This document shows positions 39,041 through 51,610 of a stretch of DNA of 64,000 nucleotides, one piece after another. Both the position numbers and the translations under genes were made by a program. The stretch's first letter is position 1; every line of letters starts with the position of its first letter. The notes beneath the pieces were generated by a model. The model was not told the DNA's origin, did no database searches, and worked only from the letters and a program-made list of their open reading frames with translations. This DNA is from Octopus vulgaris (taxonomy: Eukaryota), in contig OX597836.1 of the NCBI GenBank assembly GCA_951406725.2, positions 47,740,001-47,804,000 of the forward strand. The letters are read 5' to 3'.

Positions 39041-40959
39041 CTGCAAATAGGAAAAAAGTTGGGTTCGAAAACAGCTGTAGTAATTATCAGGAGTTAATCA
39101 TGCATACAATAAAAGACTAGATGGTCATAGATGGAATACTTTTGATCATTCGTCTATTCACTCAGGTATCACCTGATACTAATAACAACACATCATTATT
39201 TAATGTCCATTTTCCATGTTCGCATGGGTTGGATGGCTTCACAGGAACTGACGAGGCCAGGGCTGCACCAAGTTTCACACTGTTTTGGATTGGTTTCTAC
39301 AGTTGGATGCTCTTCCTAATGCCAACCAATTTACAGAGTGTACTGGGTACTTTTTAATGTAACACCATCACCAATCCTTTTTAATGTGGAACTAATTACC
39401 AGTCCTTTTTAACATGGGACCATCACCAGCACTTTTTAATGCAGGACCATCATCAGCGCCTTATAACGTGGCACCATCATCAGCACTTTTTAACGTGGCA
39501 CCATCACCAAAGAGAATTCAGGACCAACCAGAGCTGTGGTTCTCAACCGAGACCCATATGGCCCTTGGGGGTCTATATAAGATTTTGTTGTTAAAATTTA
39601 TGTGCAATAAACTAGGTATACATCTACAATACACAAAATAGTTTAACAATTTTTTTATACAATTCCTAATATTTAATTATAAAAATATAATTTTTTTAAA
39701 CACCAAATGGCTGGTGGGCGATGCATCTGGGTAAAATGGGAATTGAAGGGATCCATAGGTAAAATTCTAGATTTGAGATTTCAATTATGTGTTTGTTTAA
39801 TTTTAGAATGACATTGCAGGGTAGTTCCGAGATGCCTGACCTCACCAGTTTGAACACAAAACAGGTAGAATATTTGAGCCTGATCTGGCCAGTTTGAACG
39901 CTAAAAGGTTAAGAATGACTAAAACAAATTAAAGATGATGCAACATACATTCTATCAATATTTTCTTACTATTATCACAACTACCATCATTAATGACCAC
40001 TCAGATTATGGTTTCACTACTCACTAAATTATGATGCAAGTGGTTGAGTATACCACAAACCACTTATACAGTCTCAAGCAAACTCAGTGGGACACAGCCT
40101 GAGCCAACACTAGACCCAGGCCCTCAAATCAGAGGTACAGTATGATGTGCTCAACACAGTTTCCATCTATCAAATTCATACCTGAGGTTTGGAGTCACAC
40201 CTACCTATAGTAACATACATACACACACAATTTATGTATATCACCAGATTCATTTAACATCCATTTTCTATGCTGGCGGCAGAGGCTGGATGGCTTGACA
40301 GGAGCTGACTAGGCACAAGACCGCACTAGGCTTCACTGTTTTAGCATGGTTTCTACAGCTGGATGCCCTTCCTAATGACAACTACCTTACAGAGTGAACT
40401 GAGTGCTTTTCATGTGGCACCAGCACTGGTTATGTCTGTTCTGACATGGTCTGTACAGCAGGATGCCTTTCCTTATGCCACCTACTTTACAGAGTGGCTT
40501 GGGCGCTTTTTACATGGCACCAGCAAAATCTGCTTTAGCATTATTTTTACATTGGTTGCCCTTCCAAATGCCAACCACTTTAATGTGGACTGGATGTTTT
40601 TTTTTTCATGTGGAACCAGCATCAGAAGGGTTACCAAATAACTTGCAATGCATGGACACACACACACACAATTGTTCTAACATTCACTTTTCCATGCTTG
40701 CATGGACAGATGGAATTCTTTGAAACAAGATTTTTTATGACTAGATGCCTTTCCTGTCAACAACCCTCAGCTATGTACAAGTAAGCTAATATTTTCTGGA
40801 TATGTTTTCACACAAGAAAAATTAGTGATACCGCTTGTATGAAGTACAGGAACACAATGCCAACACAAAGCAACACCAATACACTCACATGCATACCCAA
40901 CAGGATTCTTTAAGTTTCCGTCTACCAAATCTGCTAACAAGGCTTTGGTCAACCCAGGG

Positions 40960-41223
40960 ATCATCATCATCATCATTGTTCGACCGTGGTCGAGACAATG
41001 GAATTTACCATGCTACGCCAGACTTCACGGTCCATCATGGCATTACAGAGGTCCTGTTGCTGGATGCCTGTATCCCTGGAGATTACATCAGGGTAGGAGA
41101 GTGTGCGCCCTCTGGTATTGCAAGCAGATGGCTTCCAGAGGAGAAGAGTAGAAATTGCCTCGTTTTCAGCTCTACAACAATGTCCAGCAAACTGGACTCT
41201 CCTACCTTTCACAAGAGATGACA
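40960..41223 (-). mobile_element. 3' end of a different RTE-like LINE family nested in a SINE
   Basis: ORF RRVQFAGHCCR…LLLWKP…AMMDREVWR, stop, then a (GAT)n tail. CAGGG is duplicated at 40955-40959 and 41224-41228. Confidence 0.8.
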
Positions 41224-41513
41224 CAGGGCTACAGTAGAAGACACCTGCCCAATGTGCAATGCAGTGGGAACTGAATTAAAAACCATGTGCTTGGGAATCG
41301 AACTCCTTCACACACAGCCAGGCCTGCACAGAGTGTTTTTCTGTAACTCAAGTTTGATGCTAAACAGATGAATGTCCTGTTTTTATCGAACCTAAAACTT
41401 ACTGAAACAAAAGCAGTCGTATTTATAAAATACAATATGTTCTTCACTCTAAAATATTGAATACTTTCAGTTTTGTGAACCCACTTATAAATTATGGCTG
41501 AATTCAGGTTTAA

Positions 41514-41727
41514 CCCTTTCGTTACCAACCTGGCTGAAACTGGCTCTGAGTACAAATGTCTTGTTTTCATAAGTTTTGAATTAAAATCTTTCACCAAACC
41601 TAAGTCACAATTTATGTTCCTAACACTAGATTAATGATAACGAAGTTATTTTGCTAAATTCTTTGTTATATTTAAAGTAATTGAAAGAAACAAAGAACAG
41701 CTCAAAATAAATACAGTAACGAAAGGG
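41514..41727. mobile_element. piggyBac-type MITE; second copy in opposite orientation at 55056-55275
   Basis: TTAA|CCCTTTCGTTAC … GTAACGAAAGGG|TTAA. Confidence 0.85.
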
Positions 41728-42592
41728 TTAAGCACACCATGTAGCCCATCCTAACTATTTTATTTTGCAAAATTTTCAGAAAAGTTTTGCAAATTTGTGT
41801 TCTACATATTGAAATTCATATGATAATGAAAAAGTTCTTTCTTCATATTTTTTTTAACTTTCCAAAAGTTCCGCTCTTTTTCGGGTTTTTTTTTGTTTGT
41901 TTTTTCAATCAGAGTTTAAAATACAGTTAGAATTTTTGGCTTAAATCCTAGCAATGGGTGCATCATCATTTCATTGAATGTATTTATGTAGAGAAAAATA
42001 TTGAAAAACAATACATGTCAGAGTGACAAAGAAACGAGGAAGGTATCAGGTGGTCGTGAGATGTGCTAAAAACAGTTAAATCGCCCACAGATCACAATTA
42101 TTTTTTTCTTTTTGGGGATCTTTTCTGTTTGAATAATCGTATGAATTCCTGTATGTAGAACACAAATTCGCAAATTTTTTCTGAAAATTCCAAAGAAATT
42201 AAAAAAGTTATGAGGGTCTATATATGAGGGTCTTAATCCATAATTCCGTCCAGGTTATTGTAGATATGAGATTGTGTGCGTTTGTTTACATCCAACCATA
42301 TCTGTTGTCTCCATTTGTCCCGTAACTTGGAGGTTAGACGGAATAAGGAAAATAAAGTAGCAAACGGAGTTCTGGGGTCGATAATATCAACTAAAACACT
42401 CGAAAGGTGGTACCCCAGCATGGCCACAATCATGACAAACCAGTAAGGAAAAAATTGTATCCTGGTGATAAATTAGTGCATCGACCAAAACATTTCTTCT
42501 ACATGAATTAGAGTCACTTCTGGCCATAGTTAATGCAGTGAACAAATGTAAGGTTCAGTGGGAACGTAAATACCGACGCTATTGTTTATAAA

Positions 42593-42972
42593 TCTTTATA
42601 TATAAAAGTGAGGTTGTGTGCTGTCTGTCTCCTACGATTTAGATTCCTAACTACTCTCACATTTTGCAGTGCAGTGTAACCAAAACCGGGTATCTTATAG
42701 TCGTGATTCATATCGAGCCCTTCTGGGTATTAGCGCGTGTCTACGATTTAAAAAAATTTACCATCATTTTTTTCCATTTTAATGTATTTTTTCGCTATTA
42801 TATAAGGGAAGTAACTCTCTAAAAATGTCTACGATGAGTCAACGATTTTTTAAAAAATTTACCATCATTTATTTTCCATTTTTAATGCATTTTTTTGCTA
42901 TTTTTTGGCTATAAAAATGCTTATATAGTTATTTCCCTTACAAACCCGAGCAACGCCGGGCGATACTGCTAG
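42593..42972 (+). mobile_element. Non-autonomous Helitron
   Basis: A|TC start, CTAG|T end, subterminal GC hairpin CCCG..CGGG, no TSD. Second copy at 11541-11936 (-). Confidence 0.85.
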
Positions 42973-43878
42973 TATCGTATAAAACAAAATAAATGACCCA
43001 AAACAATAAAATGAGACGTTTCGATGGAATGCTGATATTTCTCTACGTCAATAGGAGGAACACGAACATGCCACAGAGATTCCATTAGTCTCTCCACGTC
43101 AATATATAAAACAGGAGCAGTACGCATGCAATGTATACACATTCCCAACAGATTCTGTTATTCTCACGGTGTGTATATCCTTACTGCAATCAAACCTTCA
43201 GTCATGCGTTTATTACGTGTAACACATTTTATACATTCCACACAGCCTCAAAGTGTATGTATATTTTGTATATTTATATATACACAACTACACTTATTAT
43301 ACATTCACCAGGTGTTTTAGATGCCATAAACAACAAATGCTACCTGCCAATTAAGACACCTGTGTAATGACGACCACACAACTAATTCGGCAATTTAGTT
43401 ACGTCAATAATGGCCTTTATAAAAGGTAGGAAGGTCGCAAATTCATCTCAGTTACACACACACACACACACCCTCACCAACACACCACACACAGACACAC
43501 ATACAGGGGTTGGAAAAAATAATGGAAACACCTAGCATCATAATTTTGAAATATCTATAAAACCGTCAAAAGCTTGTTTATTTTTATGTTTTTTTGATTT
43601 TTTTAATATTAGTGTTGCATAATATGTTTTGCTAAAATTGTTGTTTCTTTTCAGATATCATCAGAAAAAGGTAATTAAAATTCATTAAAATGACAGATCT
43701 ATCGGACTTTCAAAGAGATCAAATTGTTGGTGCTCGTATGGCAGGTGCTAGCATAAAGAAAACAGCTGAAATGTTTAGTGTATCAAGAAGTACTGTCTCG
43801 AAAGTAATGACAGCCTTTGAGAAAGAGGGGAAACTCTCCTCGTCGAAACAAAACCAAAACTTTCTCATCTTTGTTGTT

Positions 43879-43925
43879 AACACAACGTTTTGGCTGATAC
43901 ACCCTCCAGCCTTCATCAGTGTGTC
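43879..43925 (-). ncRNA. Inverted copy of the 44131 hammerhead (GAAA mutated to AAAA)
   Basis: Minus strand: GACACA-CUGAUGA-AGGCUG…CAGCC-aAAACGUUGUGUU. Confidence 0.65.
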
Positions 43926-44130
43926 TTGGGGAAATTTCTAACCTGGGTTCTCATTCCTAGGGTATTTTTCCACTATGCCATATGCCCGTGGGCATATGGC
44001 GTAATGGTTAAGAGCGCGGGCTACTAAGCCCAAGATTCCGAGTTCGATTCCAGGCAGGGACCTGAATAATAATAACAATAACATCAAAAAATACCTTAGG
44101 AATGAGAACCCAGGTTAGAAATTTCCCCAA

Positions 44131-44176
44131 GACACCTGATGAAGGCTGGAGGGTATATCAGCCGAAATGTTGTGTT
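44131..44176 (+). ncRNA. Minimal type I hammerhead ribozyme (one stem III substitution)
   Basis: GACAC-CUGAUGA-A-GGCUG…CAGCC-GAAA-uGUU-GUGUU. The inverted copy at 43879-43925 retains ACGU in stem III. Confidence 0.75.
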
Positions 44177-45153
44177 GATAACAAACAAGATGAGGACAAA
44201 TATCTGTCAAATGTAAATAATGCATTTATGGTGCATTTTAGAAAAACAAGTAAGGAGTCACTCTCCACCATCATCCCTACAAGAACTGGAGACTGTTTTA
44301 GCTGAAGAATGGACAAAATTTCCTTTGGAAACAATTCAAACTTTGTGCGAGTCCATACCTCGTAGAATTCAAACTGTAATTACTTCTAAAGGCGATCCTA
44401 CCCCATATTAAAATAAAAATTTATTTTAATATGGGGTAGGATCGCCTTTAAAAATTTTAAGGTGTTTCCATTATTTTGTCCAACCCCTGTACATACCCAA
44501 AACATACATATACAGATAGACATACCCTATATCCAGGCAAAGGCCACTCGAGCGATCGTCATAATTCACCCCTCCTCTGGCCCACAGGATAGTATCTCTT
44601 CTCTCCGCCTTTCCTACCGCCACTACAATGGTCTCCTCGGAGCTGGCTGGTCCCCAGCCATGTGCTCTCAGCCAGTCCCGATGCAATAGTCGCATCACCT
44701 GTGTTGTATCCAACCGACGACCCTCTCGGAGGCCTTGCATTAACCACTACTCCTTATCTTTCATTTCCAGAACGTTGACCCCCCTGAGACCTCGAAATGT
44801 GGTCATTCTGTGGTCACCTGATATGTTAGAAATAGCAACCAAATCTCCCTCAAATCGCACAAATGTCTTGGGGAAAGGAAAGGGAACATTAGATAATACA
44901 TCCATAGATGCCCTTGATACCGTAACGTTTGCTTCATTATTAAACATTAAAAATTGTAAGGGAGTCTTGAAACTAAATACTACAGTTAAGGAGTGGCTGT
45001 GTGGTAAGTAGCTTGCTAACCAACCACATGGTTCCGGGTTCAGTCCCACTGCGTGGCATCTTGGGCAAGTGTCTTCTGCTATAGCCCCAGGCCAACCAAT
45101 GCTTGTGAGTGGATTTGGTAGACGGAAACTGAAAGAAGCCTATTGTATATATG

Positions 45154-45184
<31 letters not shown>

Positions 45185-48100
45185 TTGTGTGTCTGTGTGT
45201 GTCCCCCTAGCATTGCTTGACAACCGATGCTGGTGTGTTTATGTCCCCGTCAAGTAGCGGTTCGGCAAAAGAGACCGATAGAATAAGTACTGGGCTTACA
45301 AAGAATAAGTCCCGGGGTCGATTTGCTCGACTAAAGGCGGTGCTCCAGCATGGCCGCAGTCAAATGACTGAAACAAGTAAAAGAGTAAAAAGAGAGAGAG
45401 AGAGAGTTAAGGAGCTTTAGCAGGGATGACCTAAGTGATAACACTGCTACGAACTCACGAGAATCTCTACGTTATCAACACAATCTGCTAGAAATAGCAG
45501 CCGAATCACTTTTTGATCATAGCCATGTCGTATAAAGGATCCTTTCGCAATGCTTGACAGGTACTTATTTTATGGACACCAAAAAGGATGAAAGGCAAAG
45601 TCGATCCCGGTGGCATTTGATCTCAAAACGAAAAGGACGAAATTCCGCTTACCCTTTTGTCCGGCATGTTAACGATTCTGCCAGCTCAACACCTTTATGA
45701 TAATAATAATAATCAATTCTTTTATTGGCCACAAGGGCTGACAAAAATTAATTATAACATAAAGGGACAAAAAAGGACGAAGAGTTACAAAGGGTTTTGT
45801 CCGTTTGTAAAAAAAGCCGTGTAAAAACAATGTAACAACGAAAAATTATAACAACGAAAAACTCCCAATAGGGGGAGGCGTTACGAAAGGTTCCTGGTGG
45901 GAAAACCCATAAAAGCCACACGCAATAATAAACACGGGAAGGTTGCCGCGAGAAGATTTTTGATCGTATGCTTATTCGACCAGGGGCTGACCTTGGGAAG
46001 CCTCTATGAGATGGTTCCACCTTTTATAAATAACACCCAAATTTCTCTCATTTCAACCTGCGATGTCCTAAGGACACGTTTTGACAACGTAGTCTTAGAT
46101 TGCTCCAGCATGGCGAAATTGCTTTTGATCATGCCAATAACAACTAAGTACTGATAGATATTTACTTCTGACACTCCACCGCTTTCTGAAGACTGCCAGT
46201 AATAAATAATAACAACAACACGAGGAGGAATCTCTGACGTCTATTTTTGGTAATGAAATCTGGTATGATTTATATGACTGATATAATATTTTTAATGGGA
46301 TTCACTTAATCCGTACTGGGGAGATTTTGAAGAGCAATGAAGATACTGTAAAGAAATAATCGTGGCTGTTCCCTCATCATAGAATCGTAACAATAATCAA
46401 AATAATAAATGTTTGACACATCAAAGACATAAACAGACATTGGTGCGACGGGTGAGAGAGAGAAACGTCAAGTGGGTCGATATTTCGCGGTTTTTCTCCC
46501 CCCATCCCCACCTCCGACATTATTATTTAACGTTAACAAAAATACTATGGCTAAGGTTCGAGACTGGATCCTCCGTATTCGGTGTCAAAGGATTGCAAAG
46601 ATGGAATAAGTTGTGGAAATTGCTGCTGTTTACGTGTCTGAAGTGACGGCAAATATTTTGATGTCGTATTTCATGTATGGAGGACCAGAAGAGCCGAAAA
46701 TTCAAATTCAGGTGAAATGATTATAATTGTAAAATCAGTGGTGAGTGAATGTTGTCGTGGCTGTGTCTTATATTATTGTTGTAACTGTTTTCAATATATT
46801 ATTTTTAATTATAAGGCTGTTAATATAAACACAAAACCACACGTTTGGCGCGGGGGGAGGCCATAGGTGGATCTTTTTTGTTTGGCTGTAAATACAATCG
46901 ATTTCAGTACTTGACCAGCATCTCTTCGAAACCTAAGGAGGGAGGGGAAAACGAACCAAAGATATAAATGGTTTAAACTAAATACCAGTTTGTCTGCCAC
47001 TCTTCATAAAAATAAAGCAATAACACCATACGACACTCAGATTTGCAGGTAGGGTGAGAGAGAGAGACGTTGAAGTGGCAGTCATACAATTCGTTAAACC
47101 TGTCGTCGGTTTTGACCCTCTAAGTAGGCCCCGAACCTTTTTGTATTGTTTTGTTTTTTAAGAAGCGTTAATCCAATGCTTTGTAAATCTAATTATATAC
47201 AACTTACCTAGACATTACAACCCAAATATCTTGGTTTTCAAAACAATAATGAAAGCATTACTTCAATAATATTGTTGTTTCACTTATGAAAGATTTTGAA
47301 TGTGCTGTCGTTTCAGTTTATTAAAAATGAAAATGTAACTATGTAAATATAAACCCTTTTTTTTTTCTTTTTAATTCGGAGAATAACTTTTATTTATTTG
47401 CCACAAAGTTCCAAATAATCCATAAAAACGTTACAAAATTTGGGGAACCAAAAAACCATGAGAAATAGAATCCTTGCATGTTCAAAAACAAAAATGAAAT
47501 GACTGGTTTCAGTCAATTGACTGCGGCCATGCTAGAGCACCGCCTTGAATGGCTTTCAGTCGAACGAATCGACCCAAGGACTTTTTTTAAGCCTGCTATT
47601 TATTCTACAGGTCTCGTTTGCCGAACTTCTAAGTTACGGGGGTATATAAATATATATATAAAGCAGGCTTCTTTCAGTTTCCATCAATCATATCCACTCA
47701 CAAGGCTTTGGTAGGCCCGAGGCTACAATAGAAGACATTTGCCCACGGTGTCATACAGTGAGACTGAACCCGGAACCAAGTGGTTGGGGCGCAAGCATCT
47801 TACTACACGGCCACGCGTATGATACACATACAATACAAATCCAAAAACACAAACATAAGGGAAGATACTTTGGTTTGGAATTTGGATTTTAATGTGGTTT
47901 TGTATTATATATCATCATCATTTAACATTCACTTTCCCCACTGACATGGGTTGGACGGTTTGACAAGAGCTGGACAGGCAGAAGACTGCACCAGGCTTCA
48001 GTGTCTGTTTTGGCAGGGTTTTTTTTTATGGCTGGATGCCCTTCCTAGCACCGACCACCCCACTGAGTGGACATTATTTTTTTTTCATTTTATTAGAAAA

Positions 48101-49286
48101 TCTGCAGTCTATAACATCATCATATATATACATTCACCCAAATTTTGTAAACCATTTTTTAGCATTTTTGAAATTTGTGGCAAATAAATAAAAGATATTC
48201 TCCATATTAAAAAAAAAAGTTTACATTTATATAATGTAAACTAAATTGTATTTGTACACTTTTGAAGTGTATATATATATAAACTAAATCTATTTAACAT
48301 CCCAATTTGGTCTGCAGGTCCTTTTACTGTTGATCACAGAATTAGGACCAGATTGGTTGGTCCGAGTAGAATTTCCTCAAAAATCACAGAGGTCTTGATA
48401 AAAGTGTTACCATTCCTCAATTGACTAAACCAGTATTAATAAAAAAGGGATCTAACCAATCCCTAGGATTCTGTGAAAAGATATTTTCAGGGTTCCATGA
48501 AATGAGAGGTCTTTTAAAAAAATTTATATTAGTTATTTCTAATATTTTTAATAATAAAATTTACTAAAATTTGATTTTATAAGGCAAAATGTCATTCTCC
48601 ATTTCCCGACATGTTATTCTAAGTTCTATTTTCTTTTTCCTAGATGAATAAATTTTCTCTTTAAAACTATTTTTGTTTCAGGTCTTTAAAAAAATTTACG
48701 GTTGTTGGGGTTGGAACTTATTCCTATATTTTACATACCCCTCTCTCACAACTGTGGTTAAATGGGGTTAAAAAAAAAAAGGCAAAACTGGAATATTGTA
48801 GGCAAATAATGTTTGGTGCCTTATAGCGATGTTTTCTGAATAAATTTTAAAATTTACCGTTTTCTGATAAATCCCAAGGTTATCACCTTTCATCTTTCCA
48901 GAGTCGATAAAATAATGGACCGGACAAGTAGTGAGTTGATAAAATTACCAAAACAATTCCCCACAAAATCTGTTTTCTACTTAAGTTAGAAAATCATTAT
49001 TAAAAGTACTATTTTCTAGTTTTACCACAAAGTCAGTAATTTTAGTGGGTGGAGAGATGAATCGATTTCATCGACCTCAATATTTTACTGGTACTTTATT
49101 TTATCGCCCTCGAAAGAATGAAAAGCAAGTTTTCCCTATCGAAAACAACTCGCAGTCGATAAGAAAATACCAGTCAAGCACTGGGGTTGATGAAACTGAC
49201 TTGCCCCCCTCAGCTGAAAATTGCTGCCTTAATTAGAAACATTTGTAAGAAGTAGAAGCGGAATTCTGGTTTAAACACCCTGTATA

Positions 49287-49466
49287 TCGTATTTTAAAGT
49301 GTATAAGGAATCCTTTTTTGTCAACAATGAGGTAAAATAAATATGGCAGTTTCTTATATATGGATAGTATTATAATCCCTTACAAAACCTTTTTTTCCAA
49401 ATTTTAAGCCCCCAAAATTAGGGGGTTCTTTATACACGAGGGTTCCTTATACACGTTAAAATACGG
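49287..49466. mobile_element. TA-flanked MITE (pogo/Tc1-mariner type) nested in the same host repeat family
   Basis: TA|(T)CGTATTTTAAAGTGTATAAGGAA … TTCCTTATACACGTTAAAATACGG|TA. Confidence 0.75.
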
Positions 49467-50780
49467 TAATCCTTCGTAACTTGGGGGAGGGTCAGAAAAA
49501 CTTTGCGAATTTGTGTTCTACACACGGGAATTCATAATATTATGCAAAAAAAAGTGTGATTTAAGGGCAGTTTAGCTGGGGGTTTTTTTAGAACATCTGG
49601 TGACCACCCGATACCTTTCCTCGCTCCTTTGTCACTGACATGTATTGAGGTTTTTCAATATTTTCACATTTAATGGAATGATAATGCACCCAAGGGAGGA
49701 ATTTAAACGAAAAATTCGTACTGTCCATATTTTTTTTAAATCGAAAAAGAGTAGAACTTGTAGGATTTATGGGGGTTGTGTGGTGCGTAAATCAGGACTC
49801 CGTCGAAAATGAAACTATTGGTTTGGGTAAATAATATGACCTGTTACAGGTAATTGACAGAGATTATTGGATCAATTCTGACCTCCACTTGAAATGCTAT
49901 CGGTGACTACTGACACAGAGATAGAAACAAGATCGATATCGGTCTTTGCTGCTGAAAAAAAATTCAGGGGGTTTCTGGATGACCAACACATCTTGTTAAA
50001 GTTTAGTCAGGGACGGCAAAGAGGCCAGACTGAACACCTACTCTGAATATTCACAACAGAAGGGACCTCATTTAGCGCAACCAAGAGCCAGAAGATAGTG
50101 GTGGTGGCTTTCGACTGGATTAGATTTACATCTCAACAACTGAGAAAGAACTACCACATAATTTCTGTCTACCAAATTGCAAGCCAAGGTTTTGGTCAAC
50201 ACGAGGCTTATTTTAAAGCACCATAAGTGGAATTGAACCCGAAAACATGCAGCAACGAAACGAAATTATTAACCACACGGTCAAATGTCTGCCCCTAGAG
50301 TATCTAGGACAACATGATCCAATCTGTCCTTTTAATTTTTCTTACGACGACAGGGTTATTCGAGGGAGACGTGACTCCACTATTTCCAGTAAGTCGAATG
50401 ACCACGAAACGTTCCCATGTTGGCAGACAAGTTTCGATTCCTAGTCGTAGACACGCTGTTTCAGTAAACTAATATCGTTACTAATAATAAATAATTTCAA
50501 AAAAATCCCATGAATCAGCATTATTAAACTTAAATGTTAGACACAAACATTATAAAGGTAAAGAATCTTAACAACGCAAAAAATGAAAACACTACAGTTT
50601 ACGTAAAATTATAACACGTTCGGGATTCCATACTTTGTAACTGAAAGCAGAACCAGTGAACGTTAAGTGTGGCCACGTCTTTTTTTTTTTTTTTAATAGA
50701 AGAAAATAAAACAGTTCTTAGGTAATATATAAGAAGGTTGAATGGACAAAGACTCGAATATAATTAAAGTGTATGCTTAC

Positions 50781-50852
50781 ATCATCTGAACTGGCATCAG
50801 TACCTCCAACAGAGGACGATGTCGGTTCTAGGACAGCTCTGTTGCCCGACAT
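50781..50852 (-). CDS. BTBD9: Candidate first coding exon of BTBD9 (MSGNRAVLEPTSSSVGGTDASSDD)
   Basis: ATG at 50852, 24 open codons, then a strong donor GAT|GTAAGC in phase 0. This matches the phase-0 exon at 39040, which has no in-frame Met. No homology support; inferred from splice logic. Confidence 0.6.
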
Positions 50853-50879
50853 TACACCGAAACCAATTAAATTAACAGG

Positions 50880-50886
50880 CTTCCGG
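50880..50886 (-). promoter_or_regulatory. ETS-type motif CCGGAAG just upstream of the candidate BTBD9 start
   Basis: CCGGAAG lies about 30 nt upstream of the ATG in non-repetitive sequence. Short motif, could be chance. Confidence 0.3.
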
Positions 50887-51283
50887 CAAGGGCAGATAAT
50901 TCAAACAACATATGAATATTCATGAGAAAAAGTGCTTTGAATGGAAAAGTGGGCAAAGACGAATAGCTGTTCCAGTTGTTCGATCAAAGTGGCTCAGTAT
51001 TCCAAAAGAGACGAGTACTCTTTGCGTTATTCTAGAGTAGAATCGTCGTGATAAGATGTGTCATGAAGCTGTACCTTTTTGAATTAAAGAAACAGTACAT
51101 TCGACGGGTTATCTCGGTAGAACTCCAGCTAATTTCCATCACAATACTTGGGTCGATCCAAAACTGGGATAAGAGACACTACTTCAAGATGCCACACACT
51201 ATGAGCGACCCTGGGAGTTTGTGATTCCAAAGGGAATTTCTGAACCATTTGGCCTCTACTTTCTTAACACACATGCATGCGCG

Positions 51284-51321
<38 letters not shown>

Positions 51322-51610
51322 TATATATATGGATATATATGGCGATCTTTCGTTACAAGAACACTACTAGGCTTTGGGATCTTTTCGCTTTGACCGGCAG
51401 ATTTTTTTAATAATTTCTTTGTAACTAAACACTTTTAAAGTTCGTATGATGGTAGTGTGTTACGTAAAACATCTTTTTCTCTTGGCTTTCTTGAGAAAAT
51501 TCTGTAGTTTGTAAGTTATTTGTTGTTTAATTTCTTGCATTTCGGCAATTTCGACCAATCAATGACGTCTATTGAGGTGAATACAATTATTTGCGGTGTC
51601 ATATGAATTT

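Larger units (their letters stand above)
43504..44489 (+). mobile_element. Tc1-family DNA transposon, internally deleted and interrupted
   Basis: TIRs CAGGGGTTGGA(A/C)AAAATAATGGAAACACC with TA on both sides. N-terminal HTH ORF at 43690 (LSDFQRDQIVGAR) and C-terminus at 44222-44411 (HLW..LE…SIPRRI..VI..KG.PTPY). Confidence 0.92.
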
